IMG/VR virus record: IMGVR_UViG_2700989005_000001
Coordinates: 32,001-96,000 of that record
Reading direction: 5' to 3' (one strand)
DNA from: a virus
Lineage: Duplodnaviria; Caudoviricetes
DNA: 64,000 nucleotides
Under the pieces are notes generated by a model, which did no database searches, had not been told where the DNA came from, and saw only the letters and a list, made by a program, of their open reading frames with translations. Positions 17,621 to 27,550 of this stretch are shown piece by piece (position 1 is the first letter of the stretch; each line of letters begins with the position of its first letter). Made by a program: the position numbers and the translations under genes.

Positions 17621-18274
17621 ATGAAATACGTATTGAAAGAAGAAGGTCGCAACTCAAGTCACATCCCTACTGGCGACATTGGTTTACTCGCACACGAAGA
17701 TGAAGAAAATTACGTCTACGTGTATTGGTTTAGTGTTGATGAGTTGCATCATTATCATAAGTCCGATAATGCAATCTCAATTCAAACCAACGACTGTCCT
17801 GACAAGAAAGCTATTGCGCGTGCTAAACATCTACTTGAAATGGGTCAGACAACTGACGAAGAACGCGAAGAAACGATGACGTTCTTCCAAAATAAAGTTC
17901 AAAATGTTCTTCACAACGCGACTGAGTTTGCAAATCGCATCAAATACAATTTGTCGGAATTTGAACAATTCGACTGCTCTGAATTCACGCTGACAAGCGT
18001 AGTGTTAGACGAAGATGGTGATGTCTGTATTCGCTTTGATGAAATGTACGCGGGTGGTGATGAGGGTGTGATTACGTACTCTCATAACATTCAAGACTTC
18101 TGGGACGCTGAAAGCACTGTAAAAACGATTCAAGGTTACATTGACGAGGCGACGCAACGAGACAAGAAAATGAAACTTGAACAAGAGCGCGAACAGAAAG
18201 AAAACGAAACTCAAGAGAAAAAAGAGCTTAAACGTCTCATGCAGAAATACATTTTCAGTGAATTACAAATTTAA
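17621..18274 (+). CDS. hypothetical protein
   Basis: LDEDGDVCIRF...ELKRLMQKY; same GAGGTTAACATG RBS as upstream paralog. Confidence 0.8.
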   Translation: MKYVLKEEGRNSSHIPTGDIGLLAHEDEENYVYVYWFSVDELHHYHKSDNAISIQTNDCPDKKAIARAKHLLEMGQTTDEEREETMTFFQNKVQNVLHNATEFANRIKYNLSEFEQFDCSEFTLTSVVLDEDGDVCIRFDEMYAGGDEGVITYSHNIQDFWDAESTVKTIQGYIDEATQRDKKMKLEQEREQKENETQEKKELKRLMQKYIFSELQI

Positions 18275-18280
18275 CTAAAA

Positions 18281-18348
18281 AAAGGGTTGCTTCGGCGACC
18301 CTTTTTGCGTATTATAGCTACATCGAAACGAGATACAGAGAGAACATT
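18281..18348 (+). promoter_or_regulatory. early promoter/terminator stem-loop with conserved leader
   Basis: GGGTTGC-TTCG-GCGACCC-TTTTT; TTGCTT 18287-18292, TATTAT 18310-18315. Confidence 0.8.
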
Positions 18349-18639
18349 ATGAACTACACAACTGAAACAATCAAAGCTTGCATGAATCTAGTTGCTACAT
18401 TGAAATCAGACAAGATTACAAAAGGTAATGTTGAGAAGCTTCGCGCTGCATATCGCGCACAGCAAGATCAAGAAGTGTCTATTGCTATGTCTTCTATCTG
18501 TTCGATTGCAGAGCGTCATTTAGACCGAAAAGCAGCGAATCGTCCTGCAATGAGCAAGTGTGCTGAATCTTACTTGAACTTTGATTGGCGTGATATCCCG
18601 GGTTGTGTTGGTTTTTCACGTGAAGTACTAGAGGTGTAA
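18349..18639 (+). CDS. hypothetical early protein
   Basis: Canonical leader. Confidence 0.8.
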   Translation: MNYTTETIKACMNLVATLKSDKITKGNVEKLRAAYRAQQDQEVSIAMSSICSIAERHLDRKAANRPAMSKCAESYLNFDWRDIPGCVGFSREVLEV

Positions 18640-18640
18640 C

Positions 18641-18922
18641 ATGGTTAGTCTTTTAAAAGCAGTTAATAGTGAGTTCACGAGCTATACAGATCGCGTACTG
18701 CCATCTGTAATCGCAGAGAAAGTCGCTAGTGCGTGTGAGCAAGAATATTGGGCAACGTTTTACACACACGATTGCAAGTCACTTGACACCGCTGATCGTG
18801 ATGTCGTATTCGATCTTATTGCAAACGAGCTTGGTCTTGAAAATGGGTGGCCTATGTATGGTTCTTCTGACGAGTACAAGCAACAGTTCAAACAAGAACT
18901 TGAGAAATTGGAGACAGCATGA
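18641..18922 (+). CDS. hypothetical protein
   Basis: GAGGT RBS; WPMYG. Confidence 0.8.
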   Translation: MVSLLKAVNSEFTSYTDRVLPSVIAEKVASACEQEYWATFYTHDCKSLDTADRDVVFDLIANELGLENGWPMYGSSDEYKQQFKQELEKLETA

Positions 18923-19188
18923 AACTACTAGTTAAAATCAAAGAATTTCTTTTCCCGACGATTACACCACCTGAAATAGGTGAAAGATATCTTCAAATTG
19001 ACAAAGATTGGGTTGACACGAGCGTCGGAGCGAATATAATCGAAGTCGTGAATGTATCGAAAGACGGTAAGCACATACAATATGATTGGGTGTGCATCGA
19101 GGGCAAAGACCATTCGATATCGTCTAGAACTACATACGAAATGTCAACACATCACCTTTATAACTATTTCGAGAAACATAATGACTAG
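18919..19188 (+). CDS. hypothetical protein, paralog of 19614 and 20048 ORFs
   Basis: IGERY...IEVVNVSKDGKHIQY. Confidence 0.75.
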   Translation: MKLLVKIKEFLFPTITPPEIGERYLQIDKDWVDTSVGANIIEVVNVSKDGKHIQYDWVCIEGKDHSISSRTTYEMSTHHLYNYFEKHND

Positions 19189-19603
19189 AATCAATTGTAT
19201 GCCGGTTGAAACGCTCTCAGACAAGCATTTACTTGCAGAGTACAAAGAGATAACTCGTCCCTTCAACAAGGTGGAGAAGCGCATACAAGCGCATACAATG
19301 GGTAATGTGGTCATTCCTGAGCATTATGTGCTTGGTACAGGTCACGAAACGTTCTTTTTTGATAAGTTGCATTATCTTTACGTTCGTTATCGTGACCTTT
19401 GCGAAGAGTTATTACATCGTGGTGTGAATATCAACGTTGAACAGTTCGATGATATATGCGAATGGATTGAACGTACGTTCGTTGACACGCCGTATTGGAA
19501 TTATTGGACACCGCGACCAGAAGACATGTATTTGAATATGGCGCGATTAGTCAAGCGCAGCAACTTTGACACCGCGAAATCTGAAGCATTAACATTAAAC
19601 TGA
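19181..19603 (+). CDS. denV: pyrimidine-dimer DNA glycosylase / endonuclease V
   Basis: MTRIN....LSDKHLLAEYKEITR, LGTGH..FF.DKL..L..RY..L..E...RG as in T4 DenV. Confidence 0.93.
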   Translation: MTRINCMPVETLSDKHLLAEYKEITRPFNKVEKRIQAHTMGNVVIPEHYVLGTGHETFFFDKLHYLYVRYRDLCEELLHRGVNINVEQFDDICEWIERTFVDTPYWNYWTPRPEDMYLNMARLVKRSNFDTAKSEALTLN

Positions 19604-19613
19604 GGAAAGTATC

Positions 19614-20051
19614 ATGACAATAGCACAGTTTCAACAAGATGAATTATACGAGCGTTCTGATTTTAAAGTGCCAGAAAAGCCACCGATTCGTAAGACACGC
19701 TGTAAAGTAACTGAAGAAAAAGAAGATAAGAAAATACTCAAAATCATTATGATTTGGTTCTTCGTGACTATAGCAGGTATCGCATTGTCAGCTTGCTTCG
19801 GGCTACTGTCAAACAAGATTGAAATCGGTGACCGTTATTATCTTCTAAACGATGTGGGATGGGAGCGAAGTCAGAGTGTTGATTTTGGCATTGTTGTAAC
19901 TGACGTGAATTACAATGCTGAGAGAATACGTTACAAGTACATTGGATTGGATGCGCTACCCGAGAAAGAAATGTCGTTTACGGCGCTAAAGTATTCTTAT
20001 GTCCATGAAGACAGCGTTGACATCAATACTACAACGGAGAAAACAAAATGA
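19614..20051 (+). CDS. membrane-anchored hypothetical protein
   Basis: TM segment then IEIGDRY...IVVTDV...IRYKY. Confidence 0.75.
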   Translation: MTIAQFQQDELYERSDFKVPEKPPIRKTRCKVTEEKEDKKILKIIMIWFFVTIAGIALSACFGLLSNKIEIGDRYYLLNDVGWERSQSVDFGIVVTDVNYNAERIRYKYIGLDALPEKEMSFTALKYSYVHEDSVDINTTTEKTK

Positions 20052-20404
20052 CCGCCCCGAGATTCGTAGGTTTAATTGTAACTACATGGATTGGCATTCT
20101 TATTTTCTTCATGATCCACATGTCGGGATATTCGATGCTCAAACCTGATATTAAAGTCGGTGATGTTTATCAAACTGTCAAGGTATCAGAATTCGCAAGC
20201 GACCCCGACGAAGTAACGATGATCGAAATCACTGAAATCAGCAAAGACGGCGACGACGTTCGTTACATTTACAAAATGATAGACAATAAGGCGTATAACG
20301 ACGACGGCGAGCAATATCAGTGGAAGATGAAAAAGCGTCATATCTATCGCAACTACGAGAAAATCAATCATGAAAGCAACCGACAAGCAGATCGAACTAT
20401 GTAA
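20048..20404 (+). CDS. membrane-anchored hypothetical protein
   Basis: N-terminal TM then IKVGDVY...IEITEISKDGDDVRY. Confidence 0.75.
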   Translation: MTAPRFVGLIVTTWIGILIFFMIHMSGYSMLKPDIKVGDVYQTVKVSEFASDPDEVTMIEITEISKDGDDVRYIYKMIDNKAYNDDGEQYQWKMKKRHIYRNYEKINHESNRQADRTM

Positions 20405-20594
20405 CTTGCTTATTGACAACGGTGCGCCGTTTGAACTCAAACACCCGCATGAAGACAGCATAGAAGCTGCCGACCAGTTCATCAAAGCGAATCGTCATTA
20501 TCTACAGCGTGGTATTGTCAAGCACGAGAACTATTATCACAAAGCAGTCGAGAACGGATTGATGCCTGAAGATATTGGTGTGTGGAATATGTAA
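20370..20594 (+). CDS. hypothetical protein
   Basis: ATDKQI...A..FI motif. Confidence 0.7.
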   Translation: MKATDKQIELCNLLIDNGAPFELKHPHEDSIEAADQFIKANRHYLQRGIVKHENYYHKAVENGLMPEDIGVWNM

Positions 20595-20601
20595 AAAGTG
20601 G

Positions 20602-20657
20602 TTGCATTGTCGAATCAGATACGTATAATGAACTCATCAACTGAAGAGAGAATCATT
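20602..20657 (+). promoter_or_regulatory. early promoter
   Basis: TTGCAT 20602-20607, TATAAT 20624-20629, GAGAG RBS. Confidence 0.65.
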
Positions 20658-21071
20658 ATGAAAAACACAAGCATCGACAACGATTTGAAATGGGTTTTGT
20701 ATTTATTAATTGCAGCGTGCGTAATCGGGATTGCATTTATCGCGTGTCTGACTTACTCTTCGTTATCGAAGTCTGACACAGTTCTAAGAACGCTGACTAC
20801 AGATTACGGTAAAGTCGTGTCAGTATCATCATGTGATAGTCGAAAGCATTCAATAGATTGTTTAGTTAGAACTGACAAATACAATCTTGGTAGAATTCGC
20901 GTGACAGATTACCCAGGTGATGATATGATATACGTCGGCGACAAAATCTTTCTAGAGCGTCGCGTATACGAAGATCGTGTTGAAACACGCAAAGGTCGTA
21001 ACGGTTATACTGTAAGGTCTTCTGTATGTTACTCATGGATGCCATGTTTTGACAAATATGATAACAATTAA
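20658..21071 (+). CDS. membrane-anchored hypothetical protein
   Basis: N-terminal TM, paired Cys. Confidence 0.75.
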   Translation: MKNTSIDNDLKWVLYLLIAACVIGIAFIACLTYSSLSKSDTVLRTLTTDYGKVVSVSSCDSRKHSIDCLVRTDKYNLGRIRVTDYPGDDMIYVGDKIFLERRVYEDRVETRKGRNGYTVRSSVCYSWMPCFDKYDNN

Positions 21072-21296
21072 TCGAGGGAATAGATATGAGCTTTAAAACA
21101 CGAGTGCAAATCTGGCGAGTTTCACGTTCAATCGTGATGTTCACTTACAATCTATTAGTTGCGGTCTCGCGTAGCTTCTAGAAAACGAGGGATGGTATGC
21201 AGTTCACGCTATCCCTTAACGACTTATCACCAATGGGATTCGACGAATTTAGTAAAACAGTCGATAAAGTCAGGGAAGAATTAGAGGAAGAGAATT

Positions 21297-21521
21297 ATGA
21301 AAGTAGTGTACGAAAATGCGACAAAACACGAGAAAGGTTTATTAGTTTACTTGCATTTCAATGAAGAAACTGAATATTGTGTTGGTAAGAACGGTTCTGT
21401 TCAGCGTGGCAAGTCGTTTCACGGCAAAGTGAAGCGCGGTGAAAAGGTATACGCAAACGAACATGTAGTTGGTCACAAAAGCAACACAGTTGAAGAAGCG
21501 AACAAGCGAGTATTCAAATGA
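21297..21521 (+). CDS. hypothetical protein
   Basis: ORF in co-oriented run. Confidence 0.65.
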   Translation: MKVVYENATKHEKGLLVYLHFNEETEYCVGKNGSVQRGKSFHGKVKRGEKVYANEHVVGHKSNTVEEANKRVFK

Positions 21522-21901
21522 ACGATAACGAACTAAAAGGCTTGCCGACGGACATCGACTTGCTAGAAACAGCAATTCAGTTACTCAAAGCAAAACCGTA
21601 TGAACAGCGCCGTTTAGAACATTTAGCAAATGTTATGACTCGCGTTCAGTCTCAAGTGCTCAAGCGAAAAGCTGAACTTGACTGTTGGGCAGTGAAGCCA
21701 TTCACCAGAATGGACATGAAAAAGCTACAAATCGTACCAACGAATGGCGTGTTTTATCAAGATCAGTTGATTCACACGTACGACAAAGACGCTCAAGCGT
21801 TTCATATGCTTGATTATTTCAAAGAGAACGACATCAAATCATACGGTGAGTTTCTTGACCATCTTAGCGAATTGGAGAATAAAGTATGCACGCAGGTGTA
21901 A
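21518..21901 (+). CDS. hypothetical protein
   Basis: ATGA overlap. Confidence 0.75.
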   Translation: MNDNELKGLPTDIDLLETAIQLLKAKPYEQRRLEHLANVMTRVQSQVLKRKAELDCWAVKPFTRMDMKKLQIVPTNGVFYQDQLIHTYDKDAQAFHMLDYFKENDIKSYGEFLDHLSELENKVCTQV

Positions 21902-22866
21902 TTGGTAAATTTAACAACTACCATCAAGGTCATTTCAAGCTGATTAAGTTCGCGCTATCGCTTGCAGACAAAGTAACTGTTTTGCTTTGCACTGAAAACA
22001 CAGACCCGATTGATGTCGAAACACGCATGAAATGGATGCATCAAGATTTCGGTAATCGTATCTGCATCAAAGTGATCTGCCCGAGCGATGAAGGTCTATC
22101 TAATAAATCTGAATCAGATCGCGAAGTATCAAAGCAATGGGCTGAGTACATCGACGAGCATTTCCCAGAGATTGATGCATTCGTTGGTTCTGAGCAATAC
22201 ATCAATTACTGTGCTGAGTACGGTAACTTCGATGGAATCATCTACGATGAAGCGCGTGAAATCACACCTTGCTCAAGTACTTCGGTTCGCGAGAACGATT
22301 CACACGAGTTCTACAGCCCGAGCGCACAGCAAGATCGTGTAAAGAGAATTGCATTCATCGGTCCCGAGTCTTGTGGTAAGTCTTGGAACGCAGCATCAAT
22401 CGCAGCCGCTAACGGTTATGAACTTGTACTTGAAGCAGCACGCGATATCATGAGTGACAATCACTACACTGAACACGACGTACTAGAGTTCGCGATTGCA
22501 CAAACTGCACGAATTGAAGCGACTGGTAAAGAAAGTGACACTGTAATCGTTGATTCTTCAGCCGTTACATCGGCTGTTTACAGTCAGTTTCAATTCAATC
22601 AATCATCGGTTCTTCTTAATGCATTAGCTGCATTTGAAAGCATTGATGCTTACGTACTGTTTCGACCAAACTGCGAATTTGTTCAAGACGGGACTCGTAC
22701 ACAGTCACAAGAAGATCGCGAACGTTGGTTTGAACTTGCTAAATCTATGCTTCTTCGATTGAACAAACCATTCTTGATTGTTCAGAAAGGTAACAATTGG
22801 GAAGAACGTTTACACGAAACAGCAAGTCATGTTTCATTACTGAGAGATAAAGTAAAATGGGTATAA
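21886..22866 (+). CDS. nadR: NadR-like bifunctional NMN adenylyltransferase / nicotinamide riboside kinase
   Basis: GKF..YHQGH (HxGH) nucleotidyltransferase domain plus GPESCGKS P-loop kinase, FVQDGTR; no N-terminal HTH. Confidence 0.88.
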   Translation: MHAGVIGKFNNYHQGHFKLIKFALSLADKVTVLLCTENTDPIDVETRMKWMHQDFGNRICIKVICPSDEGLSNKSESDREVSKQWAEYIDEHFPEIDAFVGSEQYINYCAEYGNFDGIIYDEAREITPCSSTSVRENDSHEFYSPSAQQDRVKRIAFIGPESCGKSWNAASIAAANGYELVLEAARDIMSDNHYTEHDVLEFAIAQTARIEATGKESDTVIVDSSAVTSAVYSQFQFNQSSVLLNALAAFESIDAYVLFRPNCEFVQDGTRTQSQEDRERWFELAKSMLLRLNKPFLIVQKGNNWEERLHETASHVSLLRDKVKWV

Positions 22867-23192
22867 TCTGGATTTCTAATATCGCTATTGTTGTTGCAAC
22901 TTTGTTAGTTACAATAATCATGAAGTGTGTGTTTATGATGGACATCGAGTTTAATCGATATCTTGATAAGCTGCAACTTTTCAAATATCGTCACATATTC
23001 ACCAATAAAATGATGCATGAAATTACTAAAGATAAAGACGATATGGCGTTCTGGGCGTTTACATTCATGGTGTTTGACGTTGTTATATTGGGCTTGTTAT
23101 GGTTACTGAGCGTTGCGTTTCCTGTAATCGCATTTATCATACTCATTCTGATTCTAATTCGAATCATCGTTATTAAGGTGAAAAAATGTTAA
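22857..23192 (+). CDS. membrane protein
   Basis: Multiple TM segments; F..FD motif like next ORF. Confidence 0.7.
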   Translation: MGIIWISNIAIVVATLLVTIIMKCVFMMDIEFNRYLDKLQLFKYRHIFTNKMMHEITKDKDDMAFWAFTFMVFDVVILGLLWLLSVAFPVIAFIILILILIRIIVIKVKKC

Positions 23193-23530
23193 TAAAAACG
23201 GTCGGCGCAATACTGATCCTGATGTGGCTGATTAACTTAGCCACCCCTATTGTACTTTCTGTGGGCGGGACATTGATAAACTACATGTTTCGCAGTGAAA
23301 TTCCGTTCGTAGATTGGGCTAGAGCTTATCAAGAATTCAAGTATGAATGGGCCACAAATGGGTTTATGCACAATGATGATCACGTCGTCGCGTACTTAAT
23401 GTTTGACTTGATTGTGGGATTCATAGTAACATTAATCAGCTTGTGGCTGTTAGAGCAAAGCGCCGTCATATGGTTTATGATTGCCATCCCATTCATTGTC
23501 CGATTTATTACAGGGTTTATTAAAAAATGA
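23186..23530 (+). CDS. membrane protein
   Basis: Multiple TM segments; LMFD. Confidence 0.7.
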   Translation: MLIKTVGAILILMWLINLATPIVLSVGGTLINYMFRSEIPFVDWARAYQEFKYEWATNGFMHNDDHVVAYLMFDLIVGFIVTLISLWLLEQSAVIWFMIAIPFIVRFITGFIKK

Positions 23531-23793
23531 GTTTAACAGATTACAGCGAGAACGAACTGCGTGAAGAACTGCAACGTCGCGAAGCTGAACGAGAACTACG
23601 TGATAGTATTCAAGTAGTTCTTGGCAATACACCAGTTCAAGATGTAGAAGCACGACTTACTAGCCTAGCTCAATCTTACCTCGAAGATGAATTAAAAGAT
23701 CGAGAAATAGACACGCAATGGGCGTATGAAGAAATAATGCAGCTCGTGTTTGGGCAAGATATCTTCAGCAAAATAAATCGCCTACGTCGCTAA
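23527..23793 (+). CDS. hypothetical protein
   Basis: L.DYS..EL.EEL.RR start. Confidence 0.8.
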   Translation: MSLTDYSENELREELQRREAERELRDSIQVVLGNTPVQDVEARLTSLAQSYLEDELKDREIDTQWAYEEIMQLVFGQDIFSKINRLRR

Positions 23794-23817
23794 CAACTAC
23801 TTTGAGAGAAATATATT

Positions 23818-24492
23818 ATGTTTGATTTATTGTTTAACATTAACCACACTGTGTTTTCTATCGGTGATTATGCAGTGTCTGGTCTAGAACTATGGGCGAC
23901 ACTTACAGGTTTAATCTGTGTTATCATGGCGAGAATGAACATGAAGCACAACTTCACAGTCGGTATTGTCAACTGCATCGGGTTTGCAATTCTGTTCTTC
24001 CAGATTCAGTTGTATAGCGACGTGCTCTTACAAGGATTCTTCATTGCGATGTCGATTTTCGGCTTCTATCAGTGGAATAAGCAAGGTGAGAGCGAAGTCA
24101 AGATCAGATATTTAAAAATGCGCAAGTTCGTTGCTTCGATTGTCGCGACATTAGTCGGTACTGCTGCACTAGCTTACTTCATCGACCCGATTATGTACTT
24201 CAGTGGTTCACTACTCGTTACCGATTACGTACATATTCCTGCTGAACTTGCGGTACAAGACGCTTTCACGACAGTAGCAAGTATCATGGCGTTCATGTTA
24301 ATGATTCAGCGTAAAGTCGAAGCATGGTGGTACTGGGTTGCAGTTAACGTGGTATGCATTGTGAACTACAGCACACAAGGTGTAATTGTAGTTGCCGCTG
24401 AGTACTGCATTTTCTTGGCAAACGCTGCGTATGCTATCGCAATCTGGCATAAAGAAGGCATGAAAAACGAATACATTGAGGTGAATTCATGA
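23818..24492 (+). CDS. pnuC: PnuC nicotinamide riboside transporter
   Basis: LE..A...G..CV, LYSD..LQ.FF...S.FG.YQW, DAFTT..S..A..LM..RK.E.W.YW. Confidence 0.93.
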   Translation: MFDLLFNINHTVFSIGDYAVSGLELWATLTGLICVIMARMNMKHNFTVGIVNCIGFAILFFQIQLYSDVLLQGFFIAMSIFGFYQWNKQGESEVKIRYLKMRKFVASIVATLVGTAALAYFIDPIMYFSGSLLVTDYVHIPAELAVQDAFTTVASIMAFMLMIQRKVEAWWYWVAVNVVCIVNYSTQGVIVVAAEYCIFLANAAYAIAIWHKEGMKNEYIEVNS

Positions 24493-24902
24493 GACAAATC
24501 ATATTCAACGGCTACAACGGCAAAGAAGTTGAAGAATTTCACAACGGGCTTGAATATATCCCACAAGAAGGTGAAATCAAATTCAACGGCAAGTACTACA
24601 AAGCAAATACCACGTTCTTGGTTGATGCAGATAATTGCCTTGGTGTTATCGACGATAGCACATGGGACGAAGTGAAAGACGCTGTAAACGGCGTTTTTAA
24701 GGCAACTGGTGAATTCACGAAGCGTTTTCCAGACACTGACGTTGTAGCAGTTGTCTTTGATAACGCACTACCGCAAGCATTAGACAAAGCGTTGCAGCTT
24801 GCATTCATTCACAATCTCGACCGTAACAGCGTTGATTGTCAAGTCATGCTAAACGGTTACGAGCAACTAAAAACAAAAGGTTGGATTGGCGATGGTTGTT
24901 AA
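24489..24902 (+). CDS. hypothetical protein
   Basis: GAGGT RBS; ATGA overlap. Confidence 0.8.
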   Translation: MRQIIFNGYNGKEVEEFHNGLEYIPQEGEIKFNGKYYKANTTFLVDADNCLGVIDDSTWDEVKDAVNGVFKATGEFTKRFPDTDVVAVVFDNALPQALDKALQLAFIHNLDRNSVDCQVMLNGYEQLKTKGWIGDGC

Positions 24903-25182
24903 AGGGTTACCAGTTTATCTAGTTGGCTCACCGTGCATCATGATCGATGCGCAAACTAAAGCTCCACTAAATGGCACTGTTCAAGAAGATGTCGAAAAGC
25001 AAGTATTGGAAATGCGAAGCTTCTTGAGCAAACCGAATTTGTGGCTTGAGAAAGTACTTGAAGAACTAGCGGACGGCGCGATTCAAGAAGGTGCAACTGC
25101 ACTATACTTGTACGACGTTGACCATTATGCAGAAATCCCGAACACGGGTACCATTTACAAGATTCGAGGGGCGTGGGCATGA
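24892..25182 (+). CDS. hypothetical protein
   Basis: Overlapping co-oriented ORF. Confidence 0.7.
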   Translation: MVVKGLPVYLVGSPCIMIDAQTKAPLNGTVQEDVEKQVLEMRSFLSKPNLWLEKVLEELADGAIQEGATALYLYDVDHYAEIPNTGTIYKIRGAWA

Positions 25183-25676
25183 CATATCGAAAGTTCGACT
25201 TACGTGAGAACTTCGAGCACTGCACTGACGAGCAAATGACGAATTTGCATTTCGTATTTGATAAAGTCGAACCTTATTGGCGTGATTGCAAGATGCTAAC
25301 CGAAGAACAGCGTTATCGGTTAGCTCAGTGTCATACAATGGCGGTTGCTCAGACGTTAAGAAACGCTATCATTGATCGTGAACGCCATCAAATCATGGAA
25401 CGATTACGTCAAGAAGAAGCAGATCGTATTTACGATGGTGATGTATCGAAGTTATATTTGTACTACCCACACCATCTTGTAGATGACGAATACAAAGTCA
25501 AAGCACTATGGTGGGTTGAGTATTGTGATGAAGATATCGAAAATATCGAAGCTGCTCTTGTGAAAAGTCGCTATAGTGAAGGTCGCTTTATGACCCGTGA
25601 TCGTTATCACCTCGAAACGATGATGAATGTTTTTGATGTAGTACGTGAAAAACTTGAAAGAAGATACTTGATGTAG
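25179..25676 (+). CDS. hypothetical protein
   Basis: ATGA overlap. Confidence 0.8.
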   Translation: MTYRKFDLRENFEHCTDEQMTNLHFVFDKVEPYWRDCKMLTEEQRYRLAQCHTMAVAQTLRNAIIDRERHQIMERLRQEEADRIYDGDVSKLYLYYPHHLVDDEYKVKALWWVEYCDEDIENIEAALVKSRYSEGRFMTRDRYHLETMMNVFDVVREKLERRYLM

Positions 25677-25715
25677 TGTTTTGATTCGTGTATACTCTTA
25701 AAAAAGGAGTATCAC

Positions 25716-25907
25716 ATGAACCAAGTACCAGATTTAATCTTCCATCTAATGAACGACAATGAAATCATCACAATGTGTTTCATTGTTGCTCTAACACTCG
25801 TGATAATGCACGCAATTACGTTTAGAAATTGCGTTGTGTTATTCTTTTCATCATTTATTCACGGCATCATGACATTCATTGCCTTGTTCTATACGCCAAT
25901 GGGGTAA
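25716..25907 (+). CDS. small membrane protein
   Basis: AGGAG RBS; hydrophobic. Confidence 0.7.
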   Translation: MNQVPDLIFHLMNDNEIITMCFIVALTLVIMHAITFRNCVVLFFSSFIHGIMTFIALFYTPMG

Positions 25908-25910
25908 ACA

Positions 25911-26120
25911 ATGCAAATCGATCATCTAAAACTCGATGAAATTCGAGATAAACTGAGATTCTTGAATAATCGCGAGAAAACATTACTCATGGAAGAGATA
26001 ATGCGCGATCTTAGCTTCTTTCATGGAAACAAAGACAAACGTCGTGCTGCTCATTCGTATATGAAGATAGCACATGGTGGAAACTTTCATTTTAAGGATT
26101 TGAAAAATGAGCGCACCTAG
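25911..26120 (+). CDS. hypothetical protein
   Basis: GGGG RBS. Confidence 0.7.
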   Translation: MQIDHLKLDEIRDKLRFLNNREKTLLMEEIMRDLSFFHGNKDKRRAAHSYMKIAHGGNFHFKDLKNERT

Positions 26121-26376
26121 TACTGCACATTTCTTCGCTGTTCATGAAGACGGCGAGCGAGAACATTTAGGTTATATTTTCTGCAACTGTGGTTGGGTCT
26201 TCCATGAAGAACACTTCTTGGCTGATCTTGCAGACGACATCGAACACAGCGCGATTCTAAACGGCACTATGAAGAAAGGTGTTGAGTGGGATTATGTCGA
26301 GGCATATGGCATGGTATGGTCAAAAGAAACTGTAATGAGCCATTTACCAGATCTCGCACCAACAAGAGGTGAGTGA
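26107..26376 (+). CDS. hypothetical protein
   Basis: AAGGA RBS. Confidence 0.75.
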   Translation: MSAPSTAHFFAVHEDGEREHLGYIFCNCGWVFHEEHFLADLADDIEHSAILNGTMKKGVEWDYVEAYGMVWSKETVMSHLPDLAPTRGE

Positions 26377-26591
26377 TGTTAGATGCGATTCACTTCACTA
26401 TCATCAAGTCGCCTATCTTGTTCACTGTGTTAGAATCATTTCTTATTCTATTCACAGCGGGAGCAATGGAGTGGATACCTGAGTCAGATGAATCAGAAAT
26501 CGGAATCGCCGTATGTCTGTTTTTGTTCTTCATGTCAATGATGATATTCATACCGTACATGTGGGTTTTCTATGAACCATCATACTTCTAA
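26376..26591 (+). CDS. membrane protein
   Basis: Two TM segments. Confidence 0.7.
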   Translation: MLDAIHFTIIKSPILFTVLESFLILFTAGAMEWIPESDESEIGIAVCLFLFFMSMMIFIPYMWVFYEPSYF

Positions 26592-26612
26592 GACGCTTCG
26601 GCGTCTTTTTTT
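26590..26612 (+). terminator. rho-independent terminator
   Basis: AAGACGC-TTCG-GCGTCTT plus T-run. Confidence 0.85.
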
Positions 26613-26642
26613 CGGTTTGAATAAAATAATTTGAAAAAGTGG

Positions 26643-26702
26643 TTGCATTAAATGACGAATACCCCTAATATAGCTATATCGAAACGAGATACAGAGAACA
26701 TT
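26643..26702 (+). promoter_or_regulatory. early promoter with conserved leader
   Basis: TTGCAT 26643-26648, TAATAT 26666-26671, ATCGAAACGAGATACAGAGAACATT. Confidence 0.75.
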
Positions 26703-27065
26703 ATGAAAACTCATCTACGCGACAATGCAGTAACAAGCACGACTCACATTGAACTTGAAATCACGACACCTGTTCTTGGTTGGTTCAATAATGAATTCAA
26801 TCAAGCTGACGGCTGGGTGATTGTTGCACTAGATGAGTTCGAAAAAGCGTTTCTTGAAAATGCATCAATCGACCACTCAAATGTGTATCGCGTTATGAAC
26901 GATGATCGCACTAGCTTGTGTCGAATCGACGTTGAAAATGAAACATATGCGTTTCTCGACAACGGTGAGTTAATGGAAACTGGCATGTACAAATTCGAGC
27001 GACCTGCTAAGTATCGTTCACTGTACATTGACAGCAAAAATGAACTATTCAATCAAGGGAAATAA
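26703..27065 (+). CDS. hypothetical early protein
   Basis: Canonical leader. Confidence 0.8.
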   Translation: MKTHLRDNAVTSTTHIELEITTPVLGWFNNEFNQADGWVIVALDEFEKAFLENASIDHSNVYRVMNDDRTSLCRIDVENETYAFLDNGELMETGMYKFERPAKYRSLYIDSKNELFNQGK

Positions 27066-27066
27066 T

Positions 27067-27297
27067 ATGTTGAAACTAACTGTGTTTGATATTGAACAAG
27101 TCGTTCAAGTAGGCATGGCGATTCGCGTACAGAACATTCGCACTGAAGAAGTCTTTACAACTCATGTCGGTTTGATTCGCGGTCACTACGTTGCAGTGTA
27201 TGACGATGACAGCATTTACACGTTTACTGACGGGACTCGATTAGATGACTCTGAGCTGTTTCGTCTAGCAGACAACGCAACACTAACACACATTTAA
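27067..27297 (+). CDS. hypothetical protein
   Basis: AAGGGA RBS. Confidence 0.7.
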   Translation: MLKLTVFDIEQVVQVGMAIRVQNIRTEEVFTTHVGLIRGHYVAVYDDDSIYTFTDGTRLDDSELFRLADNATLTHI

Positions 27298-27308
27298 AGG
27301 AAAACATC

Positions 27309-27548
27309 ATGTTTGGTTTTGTAGAAGATATTTTCGATAGCGCAGTTAACACAGTTGATGATTTCATCAACGACCCGATTGGTCAGACTGTGCATCACGC
27401 AACGTCACCGATTCGCGACGCAGTTGAGATCATCGACGGTCTAACTGAAGGCGAAATCAGAGGTATGGCTGTTGCTCGTCTAGGCGCAGATGTTGCGGCT
27501 GGCATGGCAATTTCAGAAATCATCGAAGAACTTGAGCTTGGAGAATAG
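27309..27548 (+). CDS. hypothetical protein (acidic, amphipathic)
   Basis: AAGGA RBS. Confidence 0.75.
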   Translation: MFGFVEDIFDSAVNTVDDFINDPIGQTVHHATSPIRDAVEIIDGLTEGEIRGMAVARLGADVAAGMAISEIIEELELGE

Positions 27549-27550
27549 TA

